DNA of 64,000 bases from a virus (taxonomy: Duplodnaviria; Caudoviricetes): positions 128,001-192,000 of IMG/VR virus record IMGVR_UViG_3300032280_000442. One strand, 5' to 3'. The translations under genes were made by a program, and so were the position numbers. This document shows, one piece after another, positions 50,274 to 61,400 of this stretch (position 1 is the first letter of the stretch; each line of letters begins with the position of its first letter). The notes under the pieces were generated by a model. The model was not told where the DNA came from and did not search any database. It saw only the letters and a list, made by a program, of their open reading frames with translations.

Positions 50274-50924
50274 TTATCTTACTTGTTGAAACCCTGATAT
50301 ACTATCATCAAAATTTCTAAATGTTTTTTTAATTTCTATTGGTGAATAATCTTCAACCTCATCTTGAGTTAAAATATATTCATTTTTTCCTGATTTTTCC
50401 ATATCTTCTTCTTTGTCATCAAAGAATTGACTTAATTTTTGATTGAATGGACCTGAGTCTAAAGTTCTTAACTCTAATTTTTCTTGAGGAGTTTTTTCTC
50501 TATATTTTTCAATCTTCATTTCTAAATCATTTAATTTAGACATAATACCATCCATTTCACCTAACTTAGATTCTAAGTTATCTAAATGTTGGAATAAGTT
50601 CTCAAAATATTCTTCTTGTTTCTCTTCAACTTTTTTCTGAGATTTTACTAAATCAGTAATATCCATTTCTTCAGTCTTACCTTTGTCATCACCTTCACCA
50701 ACTTTTTCAACATCAGGGTCATTTTCTAAATCAACCGGTTGTGGTCCAGCAGGTGCCGCAGGTGTTGCAGGGGCAACAGGTGCCGGTGCTCCACCAGCAG
50801 GTGGTAAAGCGTTTGGGTCTTCACCCGGAGGTGGTGGTAATGTAGCGTCTTGTTCTACAATATAACTATTAATTGAATTGTATCTAGCAATTTCTTCTAA
50901 AATTCTATTATCTACTTTTTTCAT
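50274..50924 (-). CDS. hypothetical acidic protein with Pro/Ala linker and coiled coil (possible head-associated protein)
   Basis: 216 aa; PPPPGEDP...APAPVAPATPAAP; heptad region. Confidence 0.75.
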   Translation of the reverse strand: MKKVDNRILEEIARYNSINSYIVEQDATLPPPPGEDPNALPPAGGAPAPVAPATPAAPAGPQPVDLENDPDVEKVGEGDDKGKTEEMDITDLVKSQKKVEEKQEEYFENLFQHLDNLESKLGEMDGIMSKLNDLEMKIEKYREKTPQEKLELRTLDSGPFNQKLSQFFDDKEEDMEKSGKNEYILTQDEVEDYSPIEIKKTFRNFDDSISGFQQVR

Positions 50925-50925
50925 T

Positions 50926-51150
50926 TTATCCGTTTAATAATTGTTTTACACCAGTTGTTGTTTCAACTTGTATTTTTCTATTTTGACTCATTGTATTGTC
51001 AACTCTTTCAATTAAACCGTCTTTCATTCTAATTGTATAACAATCTCCCGAATCCAAGTCACAAACTTGCTTTGAACCGTTACCCATATCTTTTTCTGTA
51101 GTACGGGTTTTTTTACCTAAGTAATTCTCTAATAATGATTTTGTATCCAT
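50926..51150 (-). CDS. hypothetical protein
   Basis: 74 aa; TATTTAT upstream (51170-51164). Confidence 0.72.
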   Translation of the reverse strand: MDTKSLLENYLGKKTRTTEKDMGNGSKQVCDLDSGDCYTIRMKDGLIERVDNTMSQNRKIQVETTTGVKQLLNG

Positions 51151-51194
51151 AATCTTTTTATATATAAATATCTGTTAGTTAAGAAAAATTTAAA

Positions 51195-54100
51195 TTAACA
51201 ACTTGTTCCATTTTTAGAACAAGGTTTTCCGTCCCAAACAATTTGAGTACCGGTGTATGGTTTAGAATAACAATTACAACAAATATCATTTTTAATTGCA
51301 TCCCACTCACCAACACCAATTATCTGACGATAATCTAACCCTTCATCCGGACAATCTAATGGCATAATAACTTTATGACGTACAAACGATATATCAGAAA
51401 ATGCGTTAATTTTAACAATAAAAGTACTTTTATAAGTACTCTCGTCACGAACCAGTTCTATAGCTTCAATAGCATTAGCATTAGTTATAAATGAACCTGT
51501 ATTGTTTTTATTAGTATTAAAAGTAAATGACGCAATTTCAACTAACGTTATTTGACCCGGAAGATATAATTTAGCCGGATATGATTGACTTAATATATTA
51601 TCACTAGTAACTACAAAATCACCACTTAAAGACCCATTACTATTTATTTTTAAATTTCTAAAGAAATAATCTCCAAGAGCATATGATGTTTCAAGAATAC
51701 TTTTATCCCCACTAGTTGTTGGTGGTGGTGTTGATGATGCCGGTGGATTTGCCGGTGGTGTTTGATTAGTATTGTTTCCACTTGCCGGATTGTATTCATT
51801 AATCGCCTTTTGAACATTATTTTCTATTGTTTTAATATCAGTAGAACTCATTGAGGTATAAACTGAATCCGGACTTATTCCCGCATCACCATTTAGTATA
51901 ATGAATTTAGTGATATCTGTTGCCGATATACTATTAATTGTTGCAACTCTATCTTTATATCTAGAAATTAAGAAATCAATATTTTGATTTAAACTAGTAA
52001 ATGTAACATATGGTGTGTTTGAATCACTACAATAATATTTCTTAGTTGTAAAGAAAGGTTCAACAGATGGTCCCCAATCTTGTAATAAATCCACACTACT
52101 GTAATTATTAAATTGAGATTGTAACATACCTGCTTGAGATGACCTTAGATACATTATAGAAAATACAACGTAACTTAGTTTTTGGTCAACTTGTTTTGAG
52201 GTAATGATATCAACAACTTCTTTATAAGTTGCACTAGTACTTAATTTATCATTAGTAACTGTAAACTTATCGTATTTATTCTGTTTTGCAACCATAGGTT
52301 TACAATTCTGACTATTACTTTGATTCACCGCATCTTGTTTTGTATTTTTTTCAGCTTTCTCATCAGTTTGTTTTTGAACACTAGTATTAGCAGTAGTCGC
52401 TGTAGTTGATTTAACCGCCTTTTCTTTCTCTTGTCTATCTTTTTTATTTTTTTCTTGAATTGATTTTAATAATGTTGTCTTTAACGATTGAAGATAATTA
52501 TCTATCTTAGGTAGAGACGCTGTTGGTTGTCTAATACCTTCAAACACAGTATCAAAATGTCCTGGTGTTATAGTATGGTTAACTTTTTGTATCATATATG
52601 GACCACTAAACATTGGAACGTGTCTTAAATTAAAATACATCGTTGGTTGTATCATAGCGTTACCCATCATAGTTACAGTACAAGCATAACTTCTATTTTT
52701 ATATAAATTATATAATGAATTATTTTGAGTGGCCCCACCTCTATTGTTTGCCTGATTAGCCATTTGATTTAACACTTCTAAAGATTCTGCGGTTGCTAAT
52801 CCAGGATTTTGAGCAACATTAAATCCTTGAAATATAGATTGGTTTTGAGGTCCAAAATCAACATTAAACCCGACAACTTTATTTGATTTATCCCAATCAT
52901 TTTTACCTATTTGATTTTCAACCAATGGATTATCAACACGTCTTAAATCAAAAGCATCATTTCGATATCTAAAATCAACATTTTCTTTAATATCAAGTTG
53001 TTCACTTGGTTTTCCAGCATAAAAACAAACCATCTTAGCGGATGAATTTCTAGTATCAACATTCATAAAAGTACCAAACAATGTGTTAGCAAACTCTAAA
53101 GTCCCCTCCGGTTTTGGTTTAGGGTTTTTTACCGCATCTTGAACATTATAAAAATTAACATATGAAGGTATATTCATAACCACAAAGTTATTTTCAACTA
53201 ATATTGTTTGAACATATGTTAACATTGTGGTTTTAACATTAATGTTTGTTAAATTATCTTTTAATTTTTCAACATCAACAAGGATTAAATTACCAATATC
53301 TCTACTCGCTCTATCCAATAATAATATGTCCTCAAATAATGTTTTTTGTTTAAAATCAAATCCGGAAATCCATTTATCGTTTGTTGCTTTAAATGATTCC
53401 CATAATTCAAGTTTAGTTTGTTTACTTTCCAAAACTGTTTTAGCTTCAGGTTGAGGGGTAAAATTAACATTAGGTAATGATTTTTGTAATTTAATCATAA
53501 GACTATTAATTACTCTGTCAGTAAACGAGTCCAAATTATCTAAATACCCATTCATTAATTTAACAAACTTTTGATAATTTAATGTATTATCTTTTAATTT
53601 TTGAGTTGCATAAATTTTAATAATTGGTGCTAACTTTTCAATATTATATACATCAAAAGCTACGTTACAATCAATAAAGAAGTCAGTAATATATGAACCA
53701 CCATCTTTATAAGATAATTCAGGTATCTCAGAAAAACCAACATATGTGTCAAGAGCCTTCCATTCTAATGGGTAATTATTAACAGAATTAATATATGTTG
53801 TTCCACTAGGTAATGCGTTTGGTGTATTATAATTATAATAATCCCACGTAATAGGAGTTTCAATTCTATGATTATTTGAAAATGTATAAAACAATTGTTT
53901 ATTAAACGAAGATGGATTACCTAATTTAAAATAAACATCGTAATTTAAAAATTGAGAGATTATATTACTTATACCCGTTAATTGTTTTGACTGAACATCA
54001 CTAACAAATTGATTATCATTGGTTGTTGTATTAGTAACTTTCATCATTGTTCTCATTAATGATTGAAAATTTTTAAATGATTTTTGAGTATCAGTTTCCG

Positions 54101-57100
54101 TTGAATTTTTATCCACATCGTAATCATAAACAGAAATCGTAAATTTTAAAAATTCTGATTCAAAATTATCTAAAGCATCCCTATCAAAAACTGAAAAAAT
54201 TTCACTCATTTTTGTATAATCAGTAGATACTCCATTAATTGAAAAATTCTCTTGAGCACTTTGACCCGCAAAAATTTGTTTTAAATAACGAATAGGGTCT
54301 GGTTTAACAACCTTACCATTATCAAAATACCCATAATTAGGTGCCGTCCAAAATAATCTAACAGACCCATTATACATAGATGTATTACCCGTAACTTGAT
54401 AAACTATATTACCTGAGTTATCAAAACACTCATTCTTAGTTTGATTTATTAACCCTCCGTGAGAAGGTACCACATAAGAATATTGTCCGTAATCTGTGGT
54501 GAGTGAAACCGACCAGGGAATTACAGATATAGTTTTACTATTTCCGGTAGTTGTACCAACAACATTATTAATAATCGCTTCCGGTACACTATTTAACTTA
54601 ACACCTTTACTAAAACCATTTTGAATGTCCGAACTTGTATAATCAGTATAAACATTATATCCTTGATAAAAGACACTAAAGTCATTTATCAATTTAGGGT
54701 AAAAACCGGTATTAATTATTGTTTGAATACTAGTTGCACCTATTGGATATGCCGGTATCACATCGACATTTTCTAACACCATAGTAGTTGCAGATGTTTG
54801 TCCCGGAATTGTAAAATTATAAACAGTCGATGTTTTACCACTAACCGGGTCATAATTAGTTACGTAATCAAAATCTTTCCAACAATTATTTAATATATCT
54901 ACATTAGTATTAACATATGTTTTATATCGATACCAAATAGACCCTATTTTTAGTACCCACGCATATGGGACTTTATGTATAGCCGCAAATTTTTTCATAG
55001 ACGCAAAAATGTAATCTAAATTTTCGTCAGAATAATTTGATTGGTTACCATTGTATGTTTTATATTTCTCTCTTAATGTGGATAACGGTAAACTATTAAT
55101 AAACAAATACGCCGAACTAACATAAGGATTTTTAACACTATTTTTATAATTTTCAACACCTTCCTGAATTGAGTTAATAAAATATGGTGTATTTAAAATT
55201 GATGTGGTCTGATAATTACTAACAAGTCCGGTATAATTTAAATATTTAACATCACCCTCTGTAGGTAATTGATTTGTATATGTTCTAGTACTATAAAAGT
55301 CTCTCAAATCATCATTAATAATTGTTGGCATTACAACATTTTTATACACAAAATTAGTAATTGGTTTTTTAACGTCTTCAGATTGTGAATCACTAAAGTT
55401 AGTAATTACCTTTTTAGTTGGATTATATAATAATGTTTTAGTAGTATTAAACGCCAATTTTTCATCGGTAGCAACCCCATTGGCCAACCCTGTTTGAACC
55501 CAATTTTTATCAGTAAAAGGATAAGTGTCAGTAAAATCATATTTGTTTGAGGTAGTTGAATTTGAAACATAATCTATAATGTCTTTTTCACTTGTCACCG
55601 AAACCAATGGTTGTGCTTTAGAACTATTTATAGTTTCACTAGAAATAAATTCAAATGAAGCATTTTCAACAATATTTTTAATATATGGTGTGTTAAAAAT
55701 TCCCCTTATGTAATTTTGCCAACTAATAGAAACCCCTTCATTTGAAATATGTTTTAGCACATTTTCAAAATTAGCAGAGGTAAGATTATACTCTTTTAAA
55801 GTTTTAATTAATTCAACATCACTATTATCAGATACACTAATATTAATATTATTACTTTCACCCTCGGCAATTACATTTGAAATTTTATCAGCATCCGATG
55901 TTAAATTATTAACTCTATCTAATTTAGTATAATTTGAGGTTAGTAGGGTTCTTTCATAAATTTCATACAGATATTTACTAACAACTTTATTTGCGTAAAC
56001 ATCATCACTTATAGGAAATTCAATAGCACTTGAAGATACTCTATTTGGTTCTGTACCAGGATTTGATGTTTTAGTTGGTGGAGGTGGTGGTGGAGTTTTC
56101 TGAGTCATACCTTTAATGAATTCTTCAACAAACTCAATTTCAGGCCAAACATCATATAAATAACCTTTAGTATCACCAATAATATCACTATCACCCGGAT
56201 ATCTTAATTCGTATTTCTCTTGACCATTTTCACCCGGAGTTTCTTTAATAACTTGAGGCCAAGGATAAACCGGTTGATTTTTATCATCACCTGACTCTTT
56301 ACTGTCCGCGCTAGCATTTGCAATCTGTTTATTAAAAATGACACCTTTTCTAATTTTAGAATCTCTTTGGTCCCAAGCTTTAGTATGAACATCGTCTAAT
56401 AAACGTAAGAATGCCTCACCATTAGCAAAAACAACAGCTAAGACATTTCTAATTGTAGGGACAAATCCAATACCGTTATCTTTATTTTCTAATAATGATG
56501 CTAAGGCCTTTGTTAATTCGTCTTCAATTTTATCTCTCCAAGTTTTTAAATCTTTATTCATTCTATCGGTTAAATCGATAAATGAACCTGTACCTTCAAA
56601 TACAAAGTAATTTGATACAATTTGTTTAGCACCATTTTTAAGTGTTACAGTAGTATTATCAAATATATTTGAGTTTTGTAATTCAGCTTGAAATTTTGTT
56701 AAATCTTCAGGCGTAGGTTGGCTGTTTTTTTTCTGTAATTTATAAGTTTCAGTTAAATCAATATCACTCGGATTAATATTAATAACAAATACTCCCTGAG
56801 TTTCATATTTAATACTATTAGGTATTGAACATTTAGTTACTTTACCATTAATAGTGTAACTACCTTTACCATTAACATTACCACAAGTAACATTCTCATT
56901 AAGTAATTTATTATACTTATCAATAATACCTTTTAATTTTGAAATTGCCTCACTTTTCTTTTGAGCGTCTAAACCTTTTTTAAAAGTATAAATTTTTTGA
57001 CCAGTTTTGTTTTTAATATAATAATTCTCAGTATCCATAAATTCATTGAACCAAGATGTTTTTACATTATAAAACACTTCTTTTTGATAGTTAAATAAAT

Positions 57101-58121
57101 ATGTGCCGTATGTTTCTAAATTAGTTAATGGGTCTAAGTTTTGTTTTATAAAAGAATCAAGAATATTTTTAATAAAATTTTCAAGTCTATCTCTCATTTG
57201 CATTAAAGTAATTTCAGGAAAATCATCAGGTATCAAACCTTTTGATTTATATTCACTATACATTTCTCTAATTTTTTGATAACCTCGTTCAACCACAACA
57301 TTTTCTGTTTGTGTTGTTTTACTTGGACCTCCACTAGTTTTACTAATATTAAATCTTGATTGATACATATGTGGGGTTGCTAATAAAGCACCCATAGTTA
57401 TATCAGTTAATACCGTATATTTGTATGTGTAAAATTTTAAATCAACCGTAAAATTAGAAGTTTCCGCATTATAAGTTGTTGTGAAATTTTGTAACATTAA
57501 AGCCAATTTAACCGCTTTACCAAAATATCCTTTAATTGTTAAATAAAATAATGGATATGGTAAATTAAAAAAGGCTGCGTATGGTGAATTATCTCCCGCT
57601 TCAAATAATGCTCGTCCTTTAATATCTACTAACTTAATATCAATCGTTGGCATAAAATCCAATCCTTGTCTAATATTAATTGATGTCACCCCCAATAAAC
57701 CGTTATCGGTTGAACCAGGTTTACCCCCTGAACTAATAGTTTGTTTAATATAAAAATCATCACTATTATTTGGATTAGTGACTCCTTGAAACGTTGGTTG
57801 ATTAACACCCTCACCTTTGATAGCACCTTTACCGGTTATCTCATCAGTATACGAATTATCCAAATAGGCTTTATCACCCGGTTTTAAAAAATTAATTTTA
57901 GCAATAGATACAGTTCTAATTGAATCGTTGTTTCCAACTCCAATAGCTAATTTAGTTCTTGGTAATACACTACACTCAAGATTAGCATACATTACTAAAT
58001 CTTCTTGACTAACATATCTATCCAATACTTTATCATTACTATCAATAACTTTGTTTGGGTCAATAATTGTAATATTATTGTAGTCAAATTCGACCAATAT
58101 ATTTTCGGGTTTACCTACCAT
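51195..58121 (-). CDS. very large baseplate hub-like protein (gp27/GPD-like C-terminal module)
   Basis: CTVTMMGNAMIQPTMYF...SGPYMIQKVNHTITPG.F.T.F.G.R motif; follows the LysM gene. Confidence 0.65.
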   Translation of the reverse strand: MVGKPENILVEFDYNNITIIDPNKVIDSNDKVLDRYVSQEDLVMYANLECSVLPRTKLAIGVGNNDSIRTVSIAKINFLKPGDKAYLDNSYTDEITGKGAIKGEGVNQPTFQGVTNPNNSDDFYIKQTISSGGKPGSTDNGLLGVTSINIRQGLDFMPTIDIKLVDIKGRALFEAGDNSPYAAFFNLPYPLFYLTIKGYFGKAVKLALMLQNFTTTYNAETSNFTVDLKFYTYKYTVLTDITMGALLATPHMYQSRFNISKTSGGPSKTTQTENVVVERGYQKIREMYSEYKSKGLIPDDFPEITLMQMRDRLENFIKNILDSFIKQNLDPLTNLETYGTYLFNYQKEVFYNVKTSWFNEFMDTENYYIKNKTGQKIYTFKKGLDAQKKSEAISKLKGIIDKYNKLLNENVTCGNVNGKGSYTINGKVTKCSIPNSIKYETQGVFVININPSDIDLTETYKLQKKNSQPTPEDLTKFQAELQNSNIFDNTTVTLKNGAKQIVSNYFVFEGTGSFIDLTDRMNKDLKTWRDKIEDELTKALASLLENKDNGIGFVPTIRNVLAVVFANGEAFLRLLDDVHTKAWDQRDSKIRKGVIFNKQIANASADSKESGDDKNQPVYPWPQVIKETPGENGQEKYELRYPGDSDIIGDTKGYLYDVWPEIEFVEEFIKGMTQKTPPPPPPTKTSNPGTEPNRVSSSAIEFPISDDVYANKVVSKYLYEIYERTLLTSNYTKLDRVNNLTSDADKISNVIAEGESNNINISVSDNSDVELIKTLKEYNLTSANFENVLKHISNEGVSISWQNYIRGIFNTPYIKNIVENASFEFISSETINSSKAQPLVSVTSEKDIIDYVSNSTTSNKYDFTDTYPFTDKNWVQTGLANGVATDEKLAFNTTKTLLYNPTKKVITNFSDSQSEDVKKPITNFVYKNVVMPTIINDDLRDFYSTRTYTNQLPTEGDVKYLNYTGLVSNYQTTSILNTPYFINSIQEGVENYKNSVKNPYVSSAYLFINSLPLSTLREKYKTYNGNQSNYSDENLDYIFASMKKFAAIHKVPYAWVLKIGSIWYRYKTYVNTNVDILNNCWKDFDYVTNYDPVSGKTSTVYNFTIPGQTSATTMVLENVDVIPAYPIGATSIQTIINTGFYPKLINDFSVFYQGYNVYTDYTSSDIQNGFSKGVKLNSVPEAIINNVVGTTTGNSKTISVIPWSVSLTTDYGQYSYVVPSHGGLINQTKNECFDNSGNIVYQVTGNTSMYNGSVRLFWTAPNYGYFDNGKVVKPDPIRYLKQIFAGQSAQENFSINGVSTDYTKMSEIFSVFDRDALDNFESEFLKFTISVYDYDVDKNSTETDTQKSFKNFQSLMRTMMKVTNTTTNDNQFVSDVQSKQLTGISNIISQFLNYDVYFKLGNPSSFNKQLFYTFSNNHRIETPITWDYYNYNTPNALPSGTTYINSVNNYPLEWKALDTYVGFSEIPELSYKDGGSYITDFFIDCNVAFDVYNIEKLAPIIKIYATQKLKDNTLNYQKFVKLMNGYLDNLDSFTDRVINSLMIKLQKSLPNVNFTPQPEAKTVLESKQTKLELWESFKATNDKWISGFDFKQKTLFEDILLLDRASRDIGNLILVDVEKLKDNLTNINVKTTMLTYVQTILVENNFVVMNIPSYVNFYNVQDAVKNPKPKPEGTLEFANTLFGTFMNVDTRNSSAKMVCFYAGKPSEQLDIKENVDFRYRNDAFDLRRVDNPLVENQIGKNDWDKSNKVVGFNVDFGPQNQSIFQGFNVAQNPGLATAESLEVLNQMANQANNRGGATQNNSLYNLYKNRSYACTVTMMGNAMIQPTMYFNLRHVPMFSGPYMIQKVNHTITPGHFDTVFEGIRQPTASLPKIDNYLQSLKTTLLKSIQEKNKKDRQEKEKAVKSTTATTANTSVQKQTDEKAEKNTKQDAVNQSNSQNCKPMVAKQNKYDKFTVTNDKLSTSATYKEVVDIITSKQVDQKLSYVVFSIMYLRSSQAGMLQSQFNNYSSVDLLQDWGPSVEPFFTTKKYYCSDSNTPYVTFTSLNQNIDFLISRYKDRVATINSISATDITKFIILNGDAGISPDSVYTSMSSTDIKTIENNVQKAINEYNPASGNNTNQTPPANPPASSTPPPTTSGDKSILETSYALGDYFFRNLKINSNGSLSGDFVVTSDNILSQSYPAKLYLPGQITLVEIASFTFNTNKNNTGSFITNANAIEAIELVRDESTYKSTFIVKINAFSDISFVRHKVIMPLDCPDEGLDYRQIIGVGEWDAIKNDICCNCYSKPYTGTQIVWDGKPCSKNGTSC

Positions 58122-58437
58122 AATAATAGAAATGATTATCTAATTGAGATTTATATTCTTGTAAAGATGATACTAAAGGAAATGGAATTGTCAATATACC
58201 ACCATCCGGTATAGACCACTCATTACCCCCAAAAATTGGATTTGCCGCAAGTATTAACCACCCAAAAGTAGGTGTTCCATAGTATTGTTGAGATATCTTA
58301 TCTAATCTAGATTGACCAATCTTGTAAATATATCTTTTATCTGAAGATTTACTAGAAATTGATATATACGGAACAACGGTTTGTTCCCCATTTAATAAAA
58401 ATTGATTATATCGATTATAATTTTGTCTATTATCCAT
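58111..58437 (-). CDS. LysM-type baseplate wedge protein (gp53 / tail X-like)
   Basis: RLDKISQQYYGTP..GWLILAANP...IPDG..LTIP. Confidence 0.82.
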   Translation of the reverse strand: MDNRQNYNRYNQFLLNGEQTVVPYISISSKSSDKRYIYKIGQSRLDKISQQYYGTPTFGWLILAANPIFGGNEWSIPDGGILTIPFPLVSSLQEYKSQLDNHFYYYGR

Positions 58438-58440
58438 TTT

Positions 58441-61400
58441 TTAATTAAATTGAGTTTTATCAGTCCAAGTTGTTTTATCACCACCATTATTACCATTATA
58501 TAGTAAAGTTAAATTTTTAATTTGTTGGTCATTCATTGAAGATGGTTCTGTAGTATAATTAAATTTACGTATTTTACCTTTTTTATAAAGGTTTTCAACC
58601 ACAAGATAATTTCTATATTTTTCACTTTTTTTAAGTGTTTTATAATATTTTTCTTCAGCATCTAATTCATCTTTAACTTTATCTCTAAAATTATTAACTA
58701 TTTTATTAAATTTTTTACTTAGATTTGGTGTTGATTTGTCTAACTCATTAGTGACTATTGTTGATTTAAACGTGTTAAATTTATCACTATTATTGAATAC
58801 TTGAGCCATAATCATAAAAAATCTTTTATCTGTAATATCACTAATTTCAGTTGTGAATGGGTTAAAATCACCAGGACTATCATAGTCATTATATATTACA
58901 CCTTCATCAATTAAGAATTGATTGAATGTTTGAAAATCTGTAGAAACTTTTTCATAATCTCTCCACAATTCTTCATATGTATTTGCGGGTATTGGGAAAC
59001 TTGAACTATCAGTTTCCGTTGTTGCCGAAATGTTATATATTTTTGATTTTGCATCAACAAAAATACCGTCCGATAATGTTGTTACAAAATTAATTTTTCT
59101 GAATACTTGAACCATATCAACTTGTTGTTGAACGACATTACTAATAATACTATTTACACCTAAACTAAAATCTGCTTGATAATCAGTTAAATATTTTTTT
59201 AGATTTGTTTTAACACTTCTAAGAGTTGAGTCGTTAAAATTATCCGCAATTAATCCTAAAATAATAAAATTAGTATCATTATCCACATCATTAATTGTCT
59301 CGGTAAATAAATCATCAATTCTAGATTCAAAAACAGATTTCCCAAAAATTTTGACCGTAGCGGGAACAGGTAAGTTTGTAGTATTAAAGTTAAATAAACC
59401 ATCCGGATATTGTCTTTCTTTTGAAATTAATTGCCAAATACCGTCATTATATGATTTCGACATACTTTCCGCCTGATTTATAATATTAGTATAATAATCT
59501 TTAGTTACATCCAATAAACTATCCATAATTTTTGTATAGGTTATATCACCTGTTTGACCACTAGTACCATTAACAGTTGTTTGAATCTGACCTATAGTCT
59601 CTCCCGCAGGATTTGTTTGTTGATTATCAACCGTTGTTTGTTGAGGTTGTTCATCAATTAAAGATTGGAAATATTGCTTATCTAATTTCTTCCAACTATC
59701 ATCTGTTGCCGTAGCTCTTTCATCGTAAATTTCCGTATTTGCATAATAGTTAAAAGATAACGCGTTTTGTAATTGTTCAACAGGTTTTTCAAGACCCATA
59801 CCACCAATCATATCAAAATTCATTGTTACGTTAGCAATCATTGGTTGTATACCAATACCTTCAGGATTCATATCAAATACTAATGGTTCATAACTAAATG
59901 AAACCGCTCTAGGTATTATTTTACAATGATAAAAATCACCTATTCTTAAAACTAACACAGGAGGAGCACCAAATGAGGTGTTTAACGCATCATTAGCAAC
60001 TATTTGACCTTTATCACCAATAACCGGAATTGTTTCACCAGGTCTAACACATTGATTTAAGAATGTTAAACGAGAGTTTAATCCTTCAGGTGTAATAGAG
60101 TGAAAAGCAGGGTTAAAATATTTAATTTTTTCCTGTATTGAGTCATATAACATTGGGACCTCTTTTTTAACCACATCAAAATAATCACATTCAGAAAGTA
60201 ATCTTCTTAAGATTAATTTACTAATACCTTCTTTAATTGTTTTTTCAGTTCTAAAAGTCGGTACAGGTTTAGGTTTTTGTTCTGTTGATGTTGTTGTTGT
60301 TTTTTGGTCAATAATTGGTTTTTCTACAGGTACAACCGGTTTATCTTGAGGTATTGCTGTCACAGTTATATCTGTAATAACAACTCTTCTACAAGCCATT
60401 GCCGATACGGAATACCATTGAGAATCTTTAGTTACTTTACCGTTTTTATCTTTAATATCTTCAGTACAATTAATCGCACCACCAAAACCATTTTTTGATG
60501 ACTTAGGTGTAGCAGTATCATCTTCACCAAGAGTATCAATATTAGGAAATGTTAAAGTTTTATCTTCAGTTATAAATTTACCTAATTTAGTTGTTTTAAA
60601 ATATTCGATAACTGAATTAGCTCTTCTTTTTGATAACGTAACATTATACGTTTTATTAGCTGGTGCTGATGCAGCAGCTCTTAACGACACTTTAATTATC
60701 CCCGTTTTCTCACTTAATATTTTAAAAGCATCCTCAACAAACCCTGTATTTATATAATTAAAATTATCAATAACAACATTTTCAAAAAATTGTTTAACAT
60801 TAAGATTTGTACTACCTGACGCAAATGTTTTACTTGAAATTGCAACATATTGGTCTTGATTCATACTGTAGGTGTAGTTATCATAATCAGCCTTATATGT
60901 TGAATTAGGAATTGGATTTGTTCGATTACTAGGACCCGGAATATCATTATCAAAATAAAACCCAAAATTATTATATTTTGAATCTAAATCACAAGAAGGT
61001 TCAGGGTTTGTTTGAGGGGTACTATTTCCAGCAGTTGTTTCAGTTCCAACAGATGCTGCACCTACCGCACTTTCTATAACCGTTTTAGCAGTTTCTTTAT
61101 CTAAATTAGGGTTGTTTAATATTTGTTGATAAGTGTACAAATCTTTAGTTGGAACCGTATTAAATTTCTTAGCCAACTCATAGATATCATACTTAACACA
61201 TCCCGCAAAAAATGAATCAATTATAGAATTTATTCTTTCTTTATTTTGTCCTTTTAATTGTTTTTCAACAAGAACATTCATAACAGAAGGATGGTCAACA
61301 ATAATTTTCCAACTTAATGTTCCGGTTCTTTGAGTATCCTTATACGTATATATTGGTTCAGGTCTTCCTAAGAATGTTGTTGGAGTCCAATTCGCAGTAC

